Below are positions 49,169-58,338 of a stretch of DNA of 64,000 nt, piece by piece. Position 1 is the stretch's first letter; each line of letters starts with the position of its first letter. The DNA comes from Bdellovibrionales bacterium (GTDB lineage: Bacteria; Bdellovibrionota; Bdellovibrionia; Bdellovibrionales; JAGQZY01). The stretch lies in contig JANPLN010000002.1 of NCBI GenBank assembly GCA_031426555.1, positions 32,001 to 96,000 on the forward strand, given 5' to 3'. The position numbers and the translations under genes are program-made. The notes below the pieces were generated by a model. It had not been told where the DNA came from. It saw nothing but the letters and a program-made list of their open reading frames with translations, and made no database searches.

Positions 49169-50593
49169 TTAATAGCCTTTTTTGCGTTTGCCGGATGGGA
49201 GAATTCGCAAAACGTCGCGGTACTTGGCCACGGTTCTGCGGGCGATGATGATTCCATCTTTTTTCAACAGATCCACAATTTTTTGATCAGACAACGGCTT
49301 CTTATCGTCTTCTTTTTCAACCAGGTCTTTGATTTTTAATTTTACCGACTCGCTGGCCATGGAGTCGCCGTCATCCGTTGAGATTCCCGAATTGAAAAAA
49401 TACTTCAGCTCAAAGATACCCTGAGGGGTGTGCACATACTTGCTTGTTGTCACGCGACTGATAGTGGACTCATGCATGCCGATGTCGTTGGCGATATCGC
49501 GAAGAATCATGGGCTTGATAAAGCCCGGTCCTTTTTCAAAAAATTCTTGCTGATGGCGCACGATACTCTCTGTGGTTTTGTAAATCGTGCGCTGACGTTG
49601 ATGAATAGAGCGAATCAACCAAATGGCAGAACGCAGTTTATCTTGGATGTAACTTTGCGCCTCATCCTTAGTTTTACCCTGCACCATGTTTTTATAAAAT
49701 TGCGAAATACGTAATTTGGGGAGCCCATCTTCATTTAAAGAAACAACAAACTCATCACCCACTTTATACACATACACATCCGGTGTGACATAGTGGGTGT
49801 CGTTGGAAGCAAAACGGCTGCCCGGTTTGGGATCCATGGTATTGATGATTTTACACATATCCACAACTTCTTCCACAGAAATTCCCATCTCTTTGGCGAT
49901 GGCTGGATAGTTTTTTCGTTCTAAATCCTTCATATGATTTTTAATCAAAATCACAAAATCTTTTGTGTCTTCTTGAATCTGTTTTGCTTGGATCAGCAAA
50001 CACTCTTGCAGGTCGCGCGCGCCCACGCCAAAGGGATCAAACTCTTGCACAAAGGGTAAAATCTCTTCGAGCTCTTTGGCGTTAACTTCCTCTTCAGAGG
50101 CGATTTCGGCAATAGGGGTTTGTAAATACCCATCATCATTAATGTAGCTAATTAAAATTGTGGCCAGTGCCAGCTCTTCTTCGTTAAAACCATAAAGGCT
50201 GGCTTGCCAGTGCAGATGATCGTGCAGCGTTTGTTTTGTAGCAATGATGTTTTCATAATTCATGATCTCATCATTGTTCGAGTGCGTGCGCTCGCGGGTG
50301 CGATTTTGATTTTCGAAATATGAATCCCACTCAAATTCGTCTGATTTTTGTGGATCTTGGTTGGCCGTTTGCGTTTCGGGGTTTTGACTTTCCTGCTCGC
50401 CCTGTTCGGCCTTGGTTTCGTTGGCGGTTTCTTCGAAGCCTTCCTCGAGAACGGGATTTTCATTCATCTCGCGAACGATTTCGTTTTCGAGTTCCATGCG
50501 TGATAACTGTAAAAGCTTAATGGCCTGCTGAAGCTGAGGAGTCATCTTCAGAGTTTGTCGTAGCGCTAAGCTTTGTTTCATTCCCATGGCCAT
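49169..50593 (-). CDS. rpoN: RNA polymerase sigma-54 factor
   Basis: MTPQLQQAIKLLQL, HESTISR, RpoN box ARRTVAKYR. Confidence 0.98.
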   Translation of the reverse strand: MAMGMKQSLALRQTLKMTPQLQQAIKLLQLSRMELENEIVREMNENPVLEEGFEETANETKAEQGEQESQNPETQTANQDPQKSDEFEWDSYFENQNRTRERTHSNNDEIMNYENIIATKQTLHDHLHWQASLYGFNEEELALATILISYINDDGYLQTPIAEIASEEEVNAKELEEILPFVQEFDPFGVGARDLQECLLIQAKQIQEDTKDFVILIKNHMKDLERKNYPAIAKEMGISVEEVVDMCKIINTMDPKPGSRFASNDTHYVTPDVYVYKVGDEFVVSLNEDGLPKLRISQFYKNMVQGKTKDEAQSYIQDKLRSAIWLIRSIHQRQRTIYKTTESIVRHQQEFFEKGPGFIKPMILRDIANDIGMHESTISRVTTSKYVHTPQGIFELKYFFNSGISTDDGDSMASESVKLKIKDLVEKEDDKKPLSDQKIVDLLKKDGIIIARRTVAKYRDVLRILPSGKRKKGY

Positions 50594-50636
50594 AAGTCCT
50601 CTTTCGTATCGGTGACGGTGAATTCAGCAGGGCCAA

Positions 50637-51359
50637 CTAGTAACGAAAGTTTTCTCCTAGATAAAACTTTCGCGCTATCGGGGATTCCGTAATTTCTTTC
50701 GGAGTTCCCTGCACTTGGACCTGACCTTCTTTCATTATATAACCAATATCGCAGATTTCTAAAGTTTCTCTTACGTTATGGTCCGTAATCAGGATACCTA
50801 TTTGTTTCTCCTTCAGTTTTCGGATAATTTTCTGAATTTCATTAACCGCAATTGGGTCAATCCCGGCGAAAGGCTCGTCGAGGAGAAGAAACTTAGGAAA
50901 TACAGCCAAAGAACGTGCTATTTCGACACGTCGGCGCTCCCCGCCCGATAAAGAAAATCCGTAGCTGTTCACAATGGCTTCCAAACCAAAATCAGCAATC
51001 AGCTGATCCAAGCGCTCTTGGCGACGGCCCCGCGATGACAATTGCACCTCGAGGGCTGCAAGGATATTTTCTTTCACTGTGAGTTTGCGAAAAATGCTGG
51101 GCTCCTGCGGAAGATAACTTATTCCGATGCGCGCGCGCTCGTACATGGGCGTGTCGCCAATGGAAATATCATCCAACTTGATTTGACCTGATTCGGTTGT
51201 CACTAAGCCGACCACCATATAAAAACTTGTTGTTTTGCCAGCGCCGTTGGGCCCGAGCAGACCCACCACTTGCCCGGAGGTCACAGTGAACGAAACATCT
51301 TTGACGACCTTACGACCCTTGTAAGTTTTGGATATTTTATCAACAGTGAGTAAACTCAT
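50637..51359 (-). CDS. lptB: LPS export ABC transporter ATPase
   Basis: GPNGAGKTT, YLPQEPSIFRKL, LLDEPFAGIDP, ITDHNVRETL; upstream of rpoN. Confidence 0.96.
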   Translation of the reverse strand: MSLLTVDKISKTYKGRKVVKDVSFTVTSGQVVGLLGPNGAGKTTSFYMVVGLVTTESGQIKLDDISIGDTPMYERARIGISYLPQEPSIFRKLTVKENILAALEVQLSSRGRRQERLDQLIADFGLEAIVNSYGFSLSGGERRRVEIARSLAVFPKFLLLDEPFAGIDPIAVNEIQKIIRKLKEKQIGILITDHNVRETLEICDIGYIMKEGQVQVQGTPKEITESPIARKFYLGENFRY

Positions 51360-52321
51360 TTTGGCTTCTCCGAATCATGATACTCAATTTTTGCGTTCTT
51401 TACTTGCACTCTTTGGCCCTTGTTAAAAATCGTGATCTCGTCTCCGATAAGTTCATTGTCGTTTTGCGTAACAAAGGGTTTCTTGCGGAAAATATACTTG
51501 TCTTCGGTAAAATACACAATAGCCTCGCCCGACGAGCCCGACTTGTCCTGATCCTGCATGTGAATCCCACCATCCATATACATCGTATCGAGGCGATTGT
51601 CTTTGTACTGAAAAATTGCATAATTTCCGCGCACCCGCATTCGATCCACTTTAATGACCACGTTGTTTTTAAAAGCCGCGGATTTTCTTTTACCACTAAA
51701 TTCCCCGCGGTCGCTTGAAATATTCATCACTCGATTGTCGCTCATGGTCTTAAAGCCTTTGACCTTGCTTTGCATAATCATCAGATTGGTTTCCATCTCC
51801 ACAGACAAACCCACACCCTCCAGATAAAGTCGCCCAGCTTTTTCTTCGGGAGGACCTTCGAGACTCACTTTGTCGTCCGAAATAATCTTGCGAGTATCTG
51901 GGTTGTAGCGAAGTTTTTCTGTATAAAAAATGTAGCCGTTGGTTGACGTGAGCTTTACGTTTCCTTCGATCACCATGGTCTTTTTAACTTCGTCCACGGC
52001 CCCTGTTTTTCCGGTAACCGTGTAGGTGGCATTTTCCGAATAAAACTGCGCCTTCACTTCCTCCATCTTCCACTCTGGCAAACCCATGGGTTTGTGAGCT
52101 TCGATGGCCCAAAGGTCGAGCTCCTTTTTTTGTTCTTTTGTGTCGACAATGTGGAAGTTTTTAATTGTTTGCGCTTCCAATTCCTTCGGAGCGTTTTCTG
52201 CTTCATTCTGAGACGTCTTTGAATCGCTCACAAACGTCACTTCGCTAGGGTCTAACCCTATGTAATACCATTCAAATGTAACAAACACGACCAAGGCCGC
52301 GAGGAGCATCCACTTATTCAC
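51356..52321 (-). CDS. lptC: LPS export periplasmic protein, LptC with an additional LptA/OstA-like domain
   Basis: N-terminal TM, beta-jellyroll-like sequence over about 320 aa, ATGA overlap with lptB, no separate lptA; start GTG 52321 or TTG 52327. Confidence 0.78.
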   Translation of the reverse strand: MNKWMLLAALVVFVTFEWYYIGLDPSEVTFVSDSKTSQNEAENAPKELEAQTIKNFHIVDTKEQKKELDLWAIEAHKPMGLPEWKMEEVKAQFYSENATYTVTGKTGAVDEVKKTMVIEGNVKLTSTNGYIFYTEKLRYNPDTRKIISDDKVSLEGPPEEKAGRLYLEGVGLSVEMETNLMIMQSKVKGFKTMSDNRVMNISSDRGEFSGKRKSAAFKNNVVIKVDRMRVRGNYAIFQYKDNRLDTMYMDGGIHMQDQDKSGSSGEAIVYFTEDKYIFRKKPFVTQNDNELIGDEITIFNKGQRVQVKNAKIEYHDSEKPK

Positions 52322-52365
52322 AGGCAAAGCTTATCGTAGACTGCAAAATAAGTGGAGTCGTTTTA

Positions 52366-52393
52366 TAAAGTTTTAAACGAAATAGGCCGATCT
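52366..52393 (+). promoter_or_regulatory. Putative sigma28-like promoter, leaderless transcript
   Basis: TAAAG-N15-GCCGATCT ending 8 nt before ATG 52402. Confidence 0.55.
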
Positions 52394-52401
52394 GAAGCCA
52401 T

Positions 52402-53121
52402 ATGAAACTCGAATGGTTTATCTATCACAAAAATACGGTTCTTGGCCCCTTTAGCACTCAAGATGTTAACACTCAGGTGCAGGCTGGGAAATTTGCAGAA
52501 ACTTCCTTTATTTGGTGGAAGGGTGAAAAAGATTGGATTGCTATTTCGAAGTGGCAAGTTGATTACCCCGAAATCGTCAAGCGCCTCGAATCACATTTTA
52601 ACGTGGAATGGAAAATCAAGGTCAACGAACAGGTCACACCCTACATGTCGTTTGATAAGTGCTTAGACTATTTAAAACAAATCGAGCTTTCCAATGCCAT
52701 CACCATCTGCAAACGCGGCGAAGGTGACGCGTGGGACAGCATCTATAATAACTCTGTCTTTTTAAATGCACTAGAACTTACTCGCCGTAAATTTCCACGA
52801 GTACCCATCGTGGCTACTGCGAAGGTTACAAAATCTGACTCGAAATTTAGTTACTTAGTTAAAGTAAATATCATCGGCCAGGGTGGAATTGGAATTACCG
52901 GTCTAGGTAAAAACTTTCCAATTGGTACCGAGGTGGACGTTCGCATTGAAAGTCCGAGTATGACAGTGCCCATTCATGCCGAAGGTCGAATCGTTTACCA
53001 CTCACGAGATGGTATTACGGGTCTGGAGTTTGCGGCCATGAATGCGGAGGCTGAAAGCTTGATCATCGAGTATGTGAATCGCTTCGCCACTCCAGGATCG
53101 TCGGACAGCGCAGCTGCTTAA
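52402..53121 (+). CDS. GYF_2-like plus PilZ domain protein
   Basis: WFIY...LGPFS...IWWKGEKDW N-terminus; RRKFPR PilZ motif; GLEF near the C-terminus. Confidence 0.8.
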   Translation: MKLEWFIYHKNTVLGPFSTQDVNTQVQAGKFAETSFIWWKGEKDWIAISKWQVDYPEIVKRLESHFNVEWKIKVNEQVTPYMSFDKCLDYLKQIELSNAITICKRGEGDAWDSIYNNSVFLNALELTRRKFPRVPIVATAKVTKSDSKFSYLVKVNIIGQGGIGITGLGKNFPIGTEVDVRIESPSMTVPIHAEGRIVYHSRDGITGLEFAAMNAEAESLIIEYVNRFATPGSSDSAAA

Positions 53122-53134
53122 GTCCTACCGACTA

Positions 53135-53279
53135 TTTGGGACTTAAAGCGTTATTTTTTCTCGAATTCTTTTTCTAATATCACTGAAAAGCCTCGGACAG
53201 TCCTCGCTTCGCTGCGGAACTCGTTTTTAAGTAATATTAGAAAAAGAATTCGAGAAAAAATAACGCTTTAAGACCCAAA
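53135..53279. repeat. Long inverted repeat: 39-bp perfect core arms, extendable with mismatches
   Basis: 53142-53180 is the exact reverse complement of 53234-53272; between convergent genes. Confidence 0.93.
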
Positions 53280-53331
53280 AAGTGTGTCCGTACTTTATTA
53301 GAAACGCCGAAGGCGCTTCTATGATTGGAAA

Positions 53332-53931
53332 CTACTCGACGAGTTTTGGTTTTTCTTTTTGTGAGACGGCGAAGTTGATGATTGTGGCGCCGGCTTCGGT
53401 GGCTGTGTAGAGAACTTTTTTGATTGTTAAGAAATCGATCTCTTTGTCGGCCTGAACAGTAACGCGGCCCCAGTCTTTGCGCTTTTCGCTCTCTTCTTCA
53501 GCGATCTCTTCAGGGGTCATCTTTTTACCCTGGCTGATAGTGCTCTTTAGCTGCTCTTTCAGAGTCGACTCTTGTCTTTCTTTGCTCTCTTTGATTCTTA
53601 GAGCAAGGCCCTCTTTGAGAGCTGGAATCATCCAGTCTTGCTGTTCTTTTACAGTTCTAAAATCGGCTATGGCGGTTTCGTCCACGTAAATTTTATCCTG
53701 AGTAACAACAACCACGTGCGAGGGCTTTAGCTTTTTAATTGCCGAAGCCTCTGGCAGCGGAACGTTTTGCTTGAGCTTAATGGCGTCCACTTTAAAATTC
53801 TGTAAAAGAAAAATAGTGAGAACCGTAAACATATCCACCATCGCCGTGAGCGATAGCATAACCACGGTGTTTCTCTTTCCACCCGTGATCTGATTGCGAC
53901 GATTTCTTTTACCTGGAGTATAAATAGCCAT
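53332..53931 (-). CDS. aglS: ExbD/TolR-family gliding motor subunit (AglS-like)
   Basis: LTAMVDMFTVLTIFLL TM with conserved Asp; VQADK; last gene of the glt/agl operon. Confidence 0.75.
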   Translation of the reverse strand: MAIYTPGKRNRRNQITGGKRNTVVMLSLTAMVDMFTVLTIFLLQNFKVDAIKLKQNVPLPEASAIKKLKPSHVVVVTQDKIYVDETAIADFRTVKEQQDWMIPALKEGLALRIKESKERQESTLKEQLKSTISQGKKMTPEEIAEEESEKRKDWGRVTVQADKEIDFLTIKKVLYTATEAGATIINFAVSQKEKPKLVE

Positions 53932-54401
53932 TACTTTGCTCCTCCTGTGGCCACGGAGATCGCTGGAAAGCCTGCTTGCAGCAGGGCATCCATTCCTTGA
54001 ATCAGAAAGTCATACTTCAAGTGCTCGTCCACCGTAACAACAGCATCCACTTTTTCGGGATACACTTGTTTGATTTGCATCAATTGCATAACAAGGGTTT
54101 CGATATCGTAATCGGCACCCTTTTTTGGCACGTCAATTCGCTTTGTTCCTATCACAATAATATGCCCTGCATCTTTTACATCAACACGGAGTGGAACCTC
54201 AGACTTTGGAGGAGGTTTATCGACTTCATCCGTGTTCTGTTTACTGTACAAGGAGCTTCCAAGTTTAATCATGGAAACCTGTGTCCAAACGGCAGTGATC
54301 AACAGAAACGTGATCAACACGCTCATCAAATCGATGAAGGGAACAAGGTTCACTTCAAAGTTTGAATTTCTTTTACCACCGCTCTGTTCAATTTGTGCCA
54401 T
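53931..54401 (-). CDS. aglQ: ExbD/TolR-family gliding motor subunit (AglQ-like)
   Basis: EVNLVPFIDLMSVLITFLL. Confidence 0.72.
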   Translation of the reverse strand: MAQIEQSGGKRNSNFEVNLVPFIDLMSVLITFLLITAVWTQVSMIKLGSSLYSKQNTDEVDKPPPKSEVPLRVDVKDAGHIIVIGTKRIDVPKKGADYDIETLVMQLMQIKQVYPEKVDAVVTVDEHLKYDFLIQGMDALLQAGFPAISVATGGAK

Positions 54402-54419
54402 AGAACTTCCTCAAAAAAA

Positions 54420-55097
54420 TTATTTAATTTTATCGCGATTCGAAGACACTAGGTTCAAAAGGCTCATGCTACTCTCAACCATGTCGTTGATTAAATGACC
54501 AACTTTAAATTGAAAGTAACCGTAAGTAAGAATCGCAATGATCGCAACTATAAGACCGAAGGCCGTACAGTTAAGAGCTTCTGCAATACCTTTTGATAAC
54601 AGTTCTGCTTTTTTCGCGTCATCAGCTTTAGTTACCGCCGCAAACGATGCGATCATCCCTGCGATTGTTCCTGTAAGACCCAAAAGAGTTGCAAGGTTTC
54701 CGAAGACAGCAAGGAAGCTGACCCAACCTTCGATTTTTGGTGTTTCACGAAGCACAGATGCATCCATTGCCACTTGAACTTCTTCATCCGGGCGCTTGTT
54801 CAGAACCTGAACCAATCCCGCTTTGAGAGTGTTTGTGAGCGGTGATGGACGGCTGTCGCAATACGAAATTGCCTGCTGAACATCGCCTCTTAAGATCATG
54901 CCGAAGATATGTTCGTTAAAATCAGACTTGTCTACACCCGACTCTTTGAGAATCATCAATTGCTTGATAATCACAATCAGTGTGAGTATTAAAAGTCCCA
55001 AAATCACAAACATGACCGGGCCACCAACTTCGAAAGCATGCAAGATGAAATTTTGTGATTCCTCTTGCGCTGCCGCTTGCATTACGTTCTCTTCCAC
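54420..55097 (-). CDS. aglR: MotA/TolQ/ExbB proton channel (AglR-like)
   Basis: ATLLGLTGTIAGMI, GIAEALNCTAFGL; GTG start after GGAGGAGG. Confidence 0.82.
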   Translation of the reverse strand: MEENVMQAAAQEESQNFILHAFEVGGPVMFVILGLLILTLIVIIKQLMILKESGVDKSDFNEHIFGMILRGDVQQAISYCDSRPSPLTNTLKAGLVQVLNKRPDEEVQVAMDASVLRETPKIEGWVSFLAVFGNLATLLGLTGTIAGMIASFAAVTKADDAKKAELLSKGIAEALNCTAFGLIVAIIAILTYGYFQFKVGHLINDMVESSMSLLNLVSSNRDKIK

Positions 55098-55136
55098 TTT
55101 TTCCTCCTCCAATAGAGTTTAATTTTTTAAATCCAA

Positions 55137-57221
55137 TTACTTTCCAGAAAACGCCAAGGGATAAAACACTTGGACCGTTTGGTTTTGCGGAGGCTCTGGG
55201 AACCTCCAGGTTTTCATACGATTCACAATACAATTTGAGAGACGATCGTTGTTGAGTGTTGATTTGTCACCACTCACGCTCGCTCGCAAAACTCGTCCTT
55301 GTTCACCAATATCAAAATCTAAAACCACTTTACCGCTCAACCCGCGATCTGTACTGAGGGCCGACTCATAACATGACTGCAAGGTTCTTTGGTTATTGAG
55401 GAACACTTGGCGAATTCCATTGCGATCGATATTACCGCCGTAAGACTCACCGTCGCCGCCTGGTAAAATTGTGACTGAGCCTTTGCCGCCAAGACCAACT
55501 CCACCAAAGCCACCGGAGCCCATGCCAAGACCTTTTCCGCTGGAAACGCCCTGAACACCAATGTTGGATTTTCCATTTCCGCCGCCGGTTTCTTTAAACT
55601 TGCTGCCGAGCCCTTCGCCCGCGCGATCTTCACCAAATCCACTTTGTCCTGTGGCGCTGTCGGCAAGACCTGCAAGTTCACCTTTACCGGAATATGTATT
55701 GGAAATTTTATTCTGTTTTCCGCCGCCACCGAACACGCTAAAGATTCCTGATTTACTAGGATCCTTCGTTACGCTTTCCGCTTGCGCTCCGTCTTTGGGT
55801 GCGGTTTTAACCGATCCACCTTGCTGAACAGATCCAACCTGATTGCTCTTTGGCTTGTTTGGATTTGGCTTCATCGACTGAGCCGCTTGACCATTTCCGC
55901 CACCAGCTTTTGACGCCTGTTTCACCGGTTCGCGTTTTTCTACGACCTTCGGAGCGTCAGCTACTTTTTCAGTCGGCTTATCTTTCTGTTGAACCTTTTT
56001 TGGTGGCTCTTCGATTTTCTTTTCTTCCATCTTAAGTTCTTCCATCTTAGCAGGAACAACTGTGTTCTTCGGCGGAGGTGGAGGATTTTCTATAATGAGA
56101 GCGGTACGGTATTCATCTTCGTCTTCGATCTTTTTATCGGCTTTGTTCAAAGCGACATACAAAGATACTACGACGGAAAGAATAATTGCGAGCAAGGTTG
56201 CTAAGAAGCCATTGCTTGCGAAGTCAATCATCGGGATAAAGACCGGCTTCGGAGTTTCTGAACAGTAACGAACAACGAGTTCTAAATCACCACCTAAACT
56301 GATTCGCACCAGTTCGCCTTGGGCGAGAGCTAATTTAGACCCACCGTTAGCAGCTTGCAAACGACCTTGATTGTACAACTGGCTCAGCGGAACACTGTTG
56401 TTATCGACGACAAAGGTTCCGGCCATTCCCGCAGGAATGAACACATTCACCTGACTATCAATTTGCAATAAGGGAGCTTTGCTCACCTTTGAAGTGAGCG
56501 ATGGAACAACCACTTCACAGGCAGGATGCGTGCCGTAGTGGATTGTTCCTTTATTGTGAAAGTGATACGAATTAATAACTCGCTCTTTCCACGCAACTAG
56601 CACCTCGATGGTGCTCCCTTTAGTGGGTCGAATAAATTCAGAAAGATTTTTGTAGGAGCTTTCCGGGGAAAAGGTTTTTTGTCCGCGAACTTTTTTGCGC
56701 ATCGGTGTTCCCGATCCCACCATGCTACCGCCAACGGCGGCCATTGACACAACGGCTGTTGGAGATGGAGCAGGTTTAACAATCGGAGCCGGAGTGATTG
56801 TAGGTTTTGTTGGAGCTGCAGCAACTGGTTGAATTGGAGCCGCGGCCACCGGCTGAACAGGAGCGGAAGTCACAACAGGTTGTACCGTTGCTGGCGTTGC
56901 AGCCACAGGTTGCGAAGAGGGGGCGCCGATATAGAATTCTACGATGTATTCACCGATGGCAATTTTGTCACCGTGCTCTAAGCCCGACTCTAAAATTTTG
57001 CTACCCTTAAGATAAGTACCTTGTGAAGAGCCCAGGTCGGAGATGATGTACTTATCTCCGCGTTTCTCGATGGAAGCATGGAAGGGAGATACCGCGCCTT
57101 GCAGAACAATTTGCGTGTCGGTGGTTGAAGATCCAAGCACAATCGATTGTTCCGATGTAAATTGCTTTACATCAACAACTCCACCATTGCGAAAAACTTT
57201 CAGTACGATCGGCTTACTCAC
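55137..57221 (-). CDS. gltG: GltG-like protein: FHA domain, Pro-rich linker, TM, Gly-rich linker, TonB-C/AgmX-like C-terminal domain
   Basis: HASIE...DLGSSQGT FHA; CYE...GKVVLDFDI...WRFPEP. Confidence 0.78.
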   Translation of the reverse strand: MSKPIVLKVFRNGGVVDVKQFTSEQSIVLGSSTTDTQIVLQGAVSPFHASIEKRGDKYIISDLGSSQGTYLKGSKILESGLEHGDKIAIGEYIVEFYIGAPSSQPVAATPATVQPVVTSAPVQPVAAAPIQPVAAAPTKPTITPAPIVKPAPSPTAVVSMAAVGGSMVGSGTPMRKKVRGQKTFSPESSYKNLSEFIRPTKGSTIEVLVAWKERVINSYHFHNKGTIHYGTHPACEVVVPSLTSKVSKAPLLQIDSQVNVFIPAGMAGTFVVDNNSVPLSQLYNQGRLQAANGGSKLALAQGELVRISLGGDLELVVRYCSETPKPVFIPMIDFASNGFLATLLAIILSVVVSLYVALNKADKKIEDEDEYRTALIIENPPPPPKNTVVPAKMEELKMEEKKIEEPPKKVQQKDKPTEKVADAPKVVEKREPVKQASKAGGGNGQAAQSMKPNPNKPKSNQVGSVQQGGSVKTAPKDGAQAESVTKDPSKSGIFSVFGGGGKQNKISNTYSGKGELAGLADSATGQSGFGEDRAGEGLGSKFKETGGGNGKSNIGVQGVSSGKGLGMGSGGFGGVGLGGKGSVTILPGGDGESYGGNIDRNGIRQVFLNNQRTLQSCYESALSTDRGLSGKVVLDFDIGEQGRVLRASVSGDKSTLNNDRLSNCIVNRMKTWRFPEPPQNQTVQVFYPLAFSGK

Positions 57222-57505
57222 GGCTTTTTCTCCTTCATTCTTCTCACTGGAGTCATCTCATCAGCTGATTGTCTGAGTTCTGGCAAAAAATTCTCTCGGA
57301 GACGAATCAATTTTTTATAATTAAATTTTTTCTTTTGTAAAAGATAAAGGAGATCGGGCTTCTGAGCCTGTCCCTCGATCAACTGATCTTCAAAGTTGAC
57401 TGTTGTCTTTTTGGATTTGGGCGCAGGGGCCTGAGACCAAGAGTTAAATGGCAAGGCCAACATAAATAAAAACATGACTATTTGTAAATACTTGTTGCTC
57501 ATCAT
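57218..57505 (-). CDS. gltF: GltF-like small exported protein
   Basis: Signal peptide; NFEDQLIEGQ..KP and LIRLRENF motifs; position in operon. Confidence 0.72.
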   Translation of the reverse strand: MMSNKYLQIVMFLFMLALPFNSWSQAPAPKSKKTTVNFEDQLIEGQAQKPDLLYLLQKKKFNYKKLIRLRENFLPELRQSADEMTPVRRMKEKKP

Positions 57506-58338
57506 TTTCGTGCTGCCTGTAATTTGGTGTTAAGCTCAGTGATTTTCGAGCGAACATACGGTTCGTTACTCTCCAAAAACTCCAGCTTGTTTAATAGTCT
57601 CTCACCTTCATCATATTTTTTCATATATTCGATAAGGAGAATAGCATAATTTAATACAGTCGGAACATTCCTTGGATCCTTATCGAGAACTTTTTTGTAT
57701 AATTTTGCCGATTCATCAAACTGCCCTTGAGATCGCTTCAGAATTGCCAGATTATTTGTTACACTCAAGCTTTCGGGCATAAAACTGTAAGCGCCCTCAA
57801 CCAGGGGTCCCGCTTTACCATAGTCTAGGTATTTAATATAAATGCTGCTCAAGTTATTCAGCACATTGGAGTTTCTAGCATCGATGCCATAAGCCGTTTT
57901 AAAATTAAGATACGCGGACTCCAAACTATCTTCACGCAAATCAATCACGCCTAAATTATTATAGAGACCGGCAACATTTTTGTTTTTCTCTAAGGCTCTC
58001 TCGATGAGTAATCGAGCTGCTCCCCACTCACCTTTTTGAATATGATGTAGAGCCAAAGCATTTAAAGCTTGCGGGTCGTTGGGATTTTGCGACAAAATCT
58101 GACCAGCGACCGCAAAAAGTTCTTTTTGATTCTTCGCTTGAAAGGCTTTTGAAAGTTCGGTCAGAGCTTTTGGAGACGTCTTTATCTCCATAGATGCATC
58201 CGCTGGTTTCGCGGCCGCCTTTTTATCACCCTCTTGACCCAGCTCTACTGTGCCTGACTCCGACTCAGAACCATCTGGTGTCGACGAACAGTTGTTGAGG
58301 GTCACTAACAATGTGATCAAAAATATTTTTTTCATCAT
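57502..58338 (-). CDS. gltE: TPR lipoprotein (GltE/AglT-like)
   Basis: Signal ending NNC; multiple NNLG/NNLA TPR repeats; position in operon. Confidence 0.7.
   Translation of the reverse strand: MMKKIFLITLLVTLNNCSSTPDGSESESGTVELGQEGDKKAAAKPADASMEIKTSPKALTELSKAFQAKNQKELFAVAGQILSQNPNDPQALNALALHHIQKGEWGAARLLIERALEKNKNVAGLYNNLGVIDLREDSLESAYLNFKTAYGIDARNSNVLNNLSSIYIKYLDYGKAGPLVEGAYSFMPESLSVTNNLAILKRSQGQFDESAKLYKKVLDKDPRNVPTVLNYAILLIEYMKKYDEGERLLNKLEFLESNEPYVRSKITELNTKLQAARK

Noticed and set aside
31474..53283. CRISPR array or IS ends for the long repeats
   Set aside because: They are isolated inverted pairs, not direct repeats with spacers; no cas or transposase gene was recognised and no clear target-site duplication was seen.
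56740..56930. Tandem repeat or contingency locus in gltG
   Set aside because: Degenerate QPVAA-type codons of a Pro/Ala-rich linker, not exact DNA repeats.
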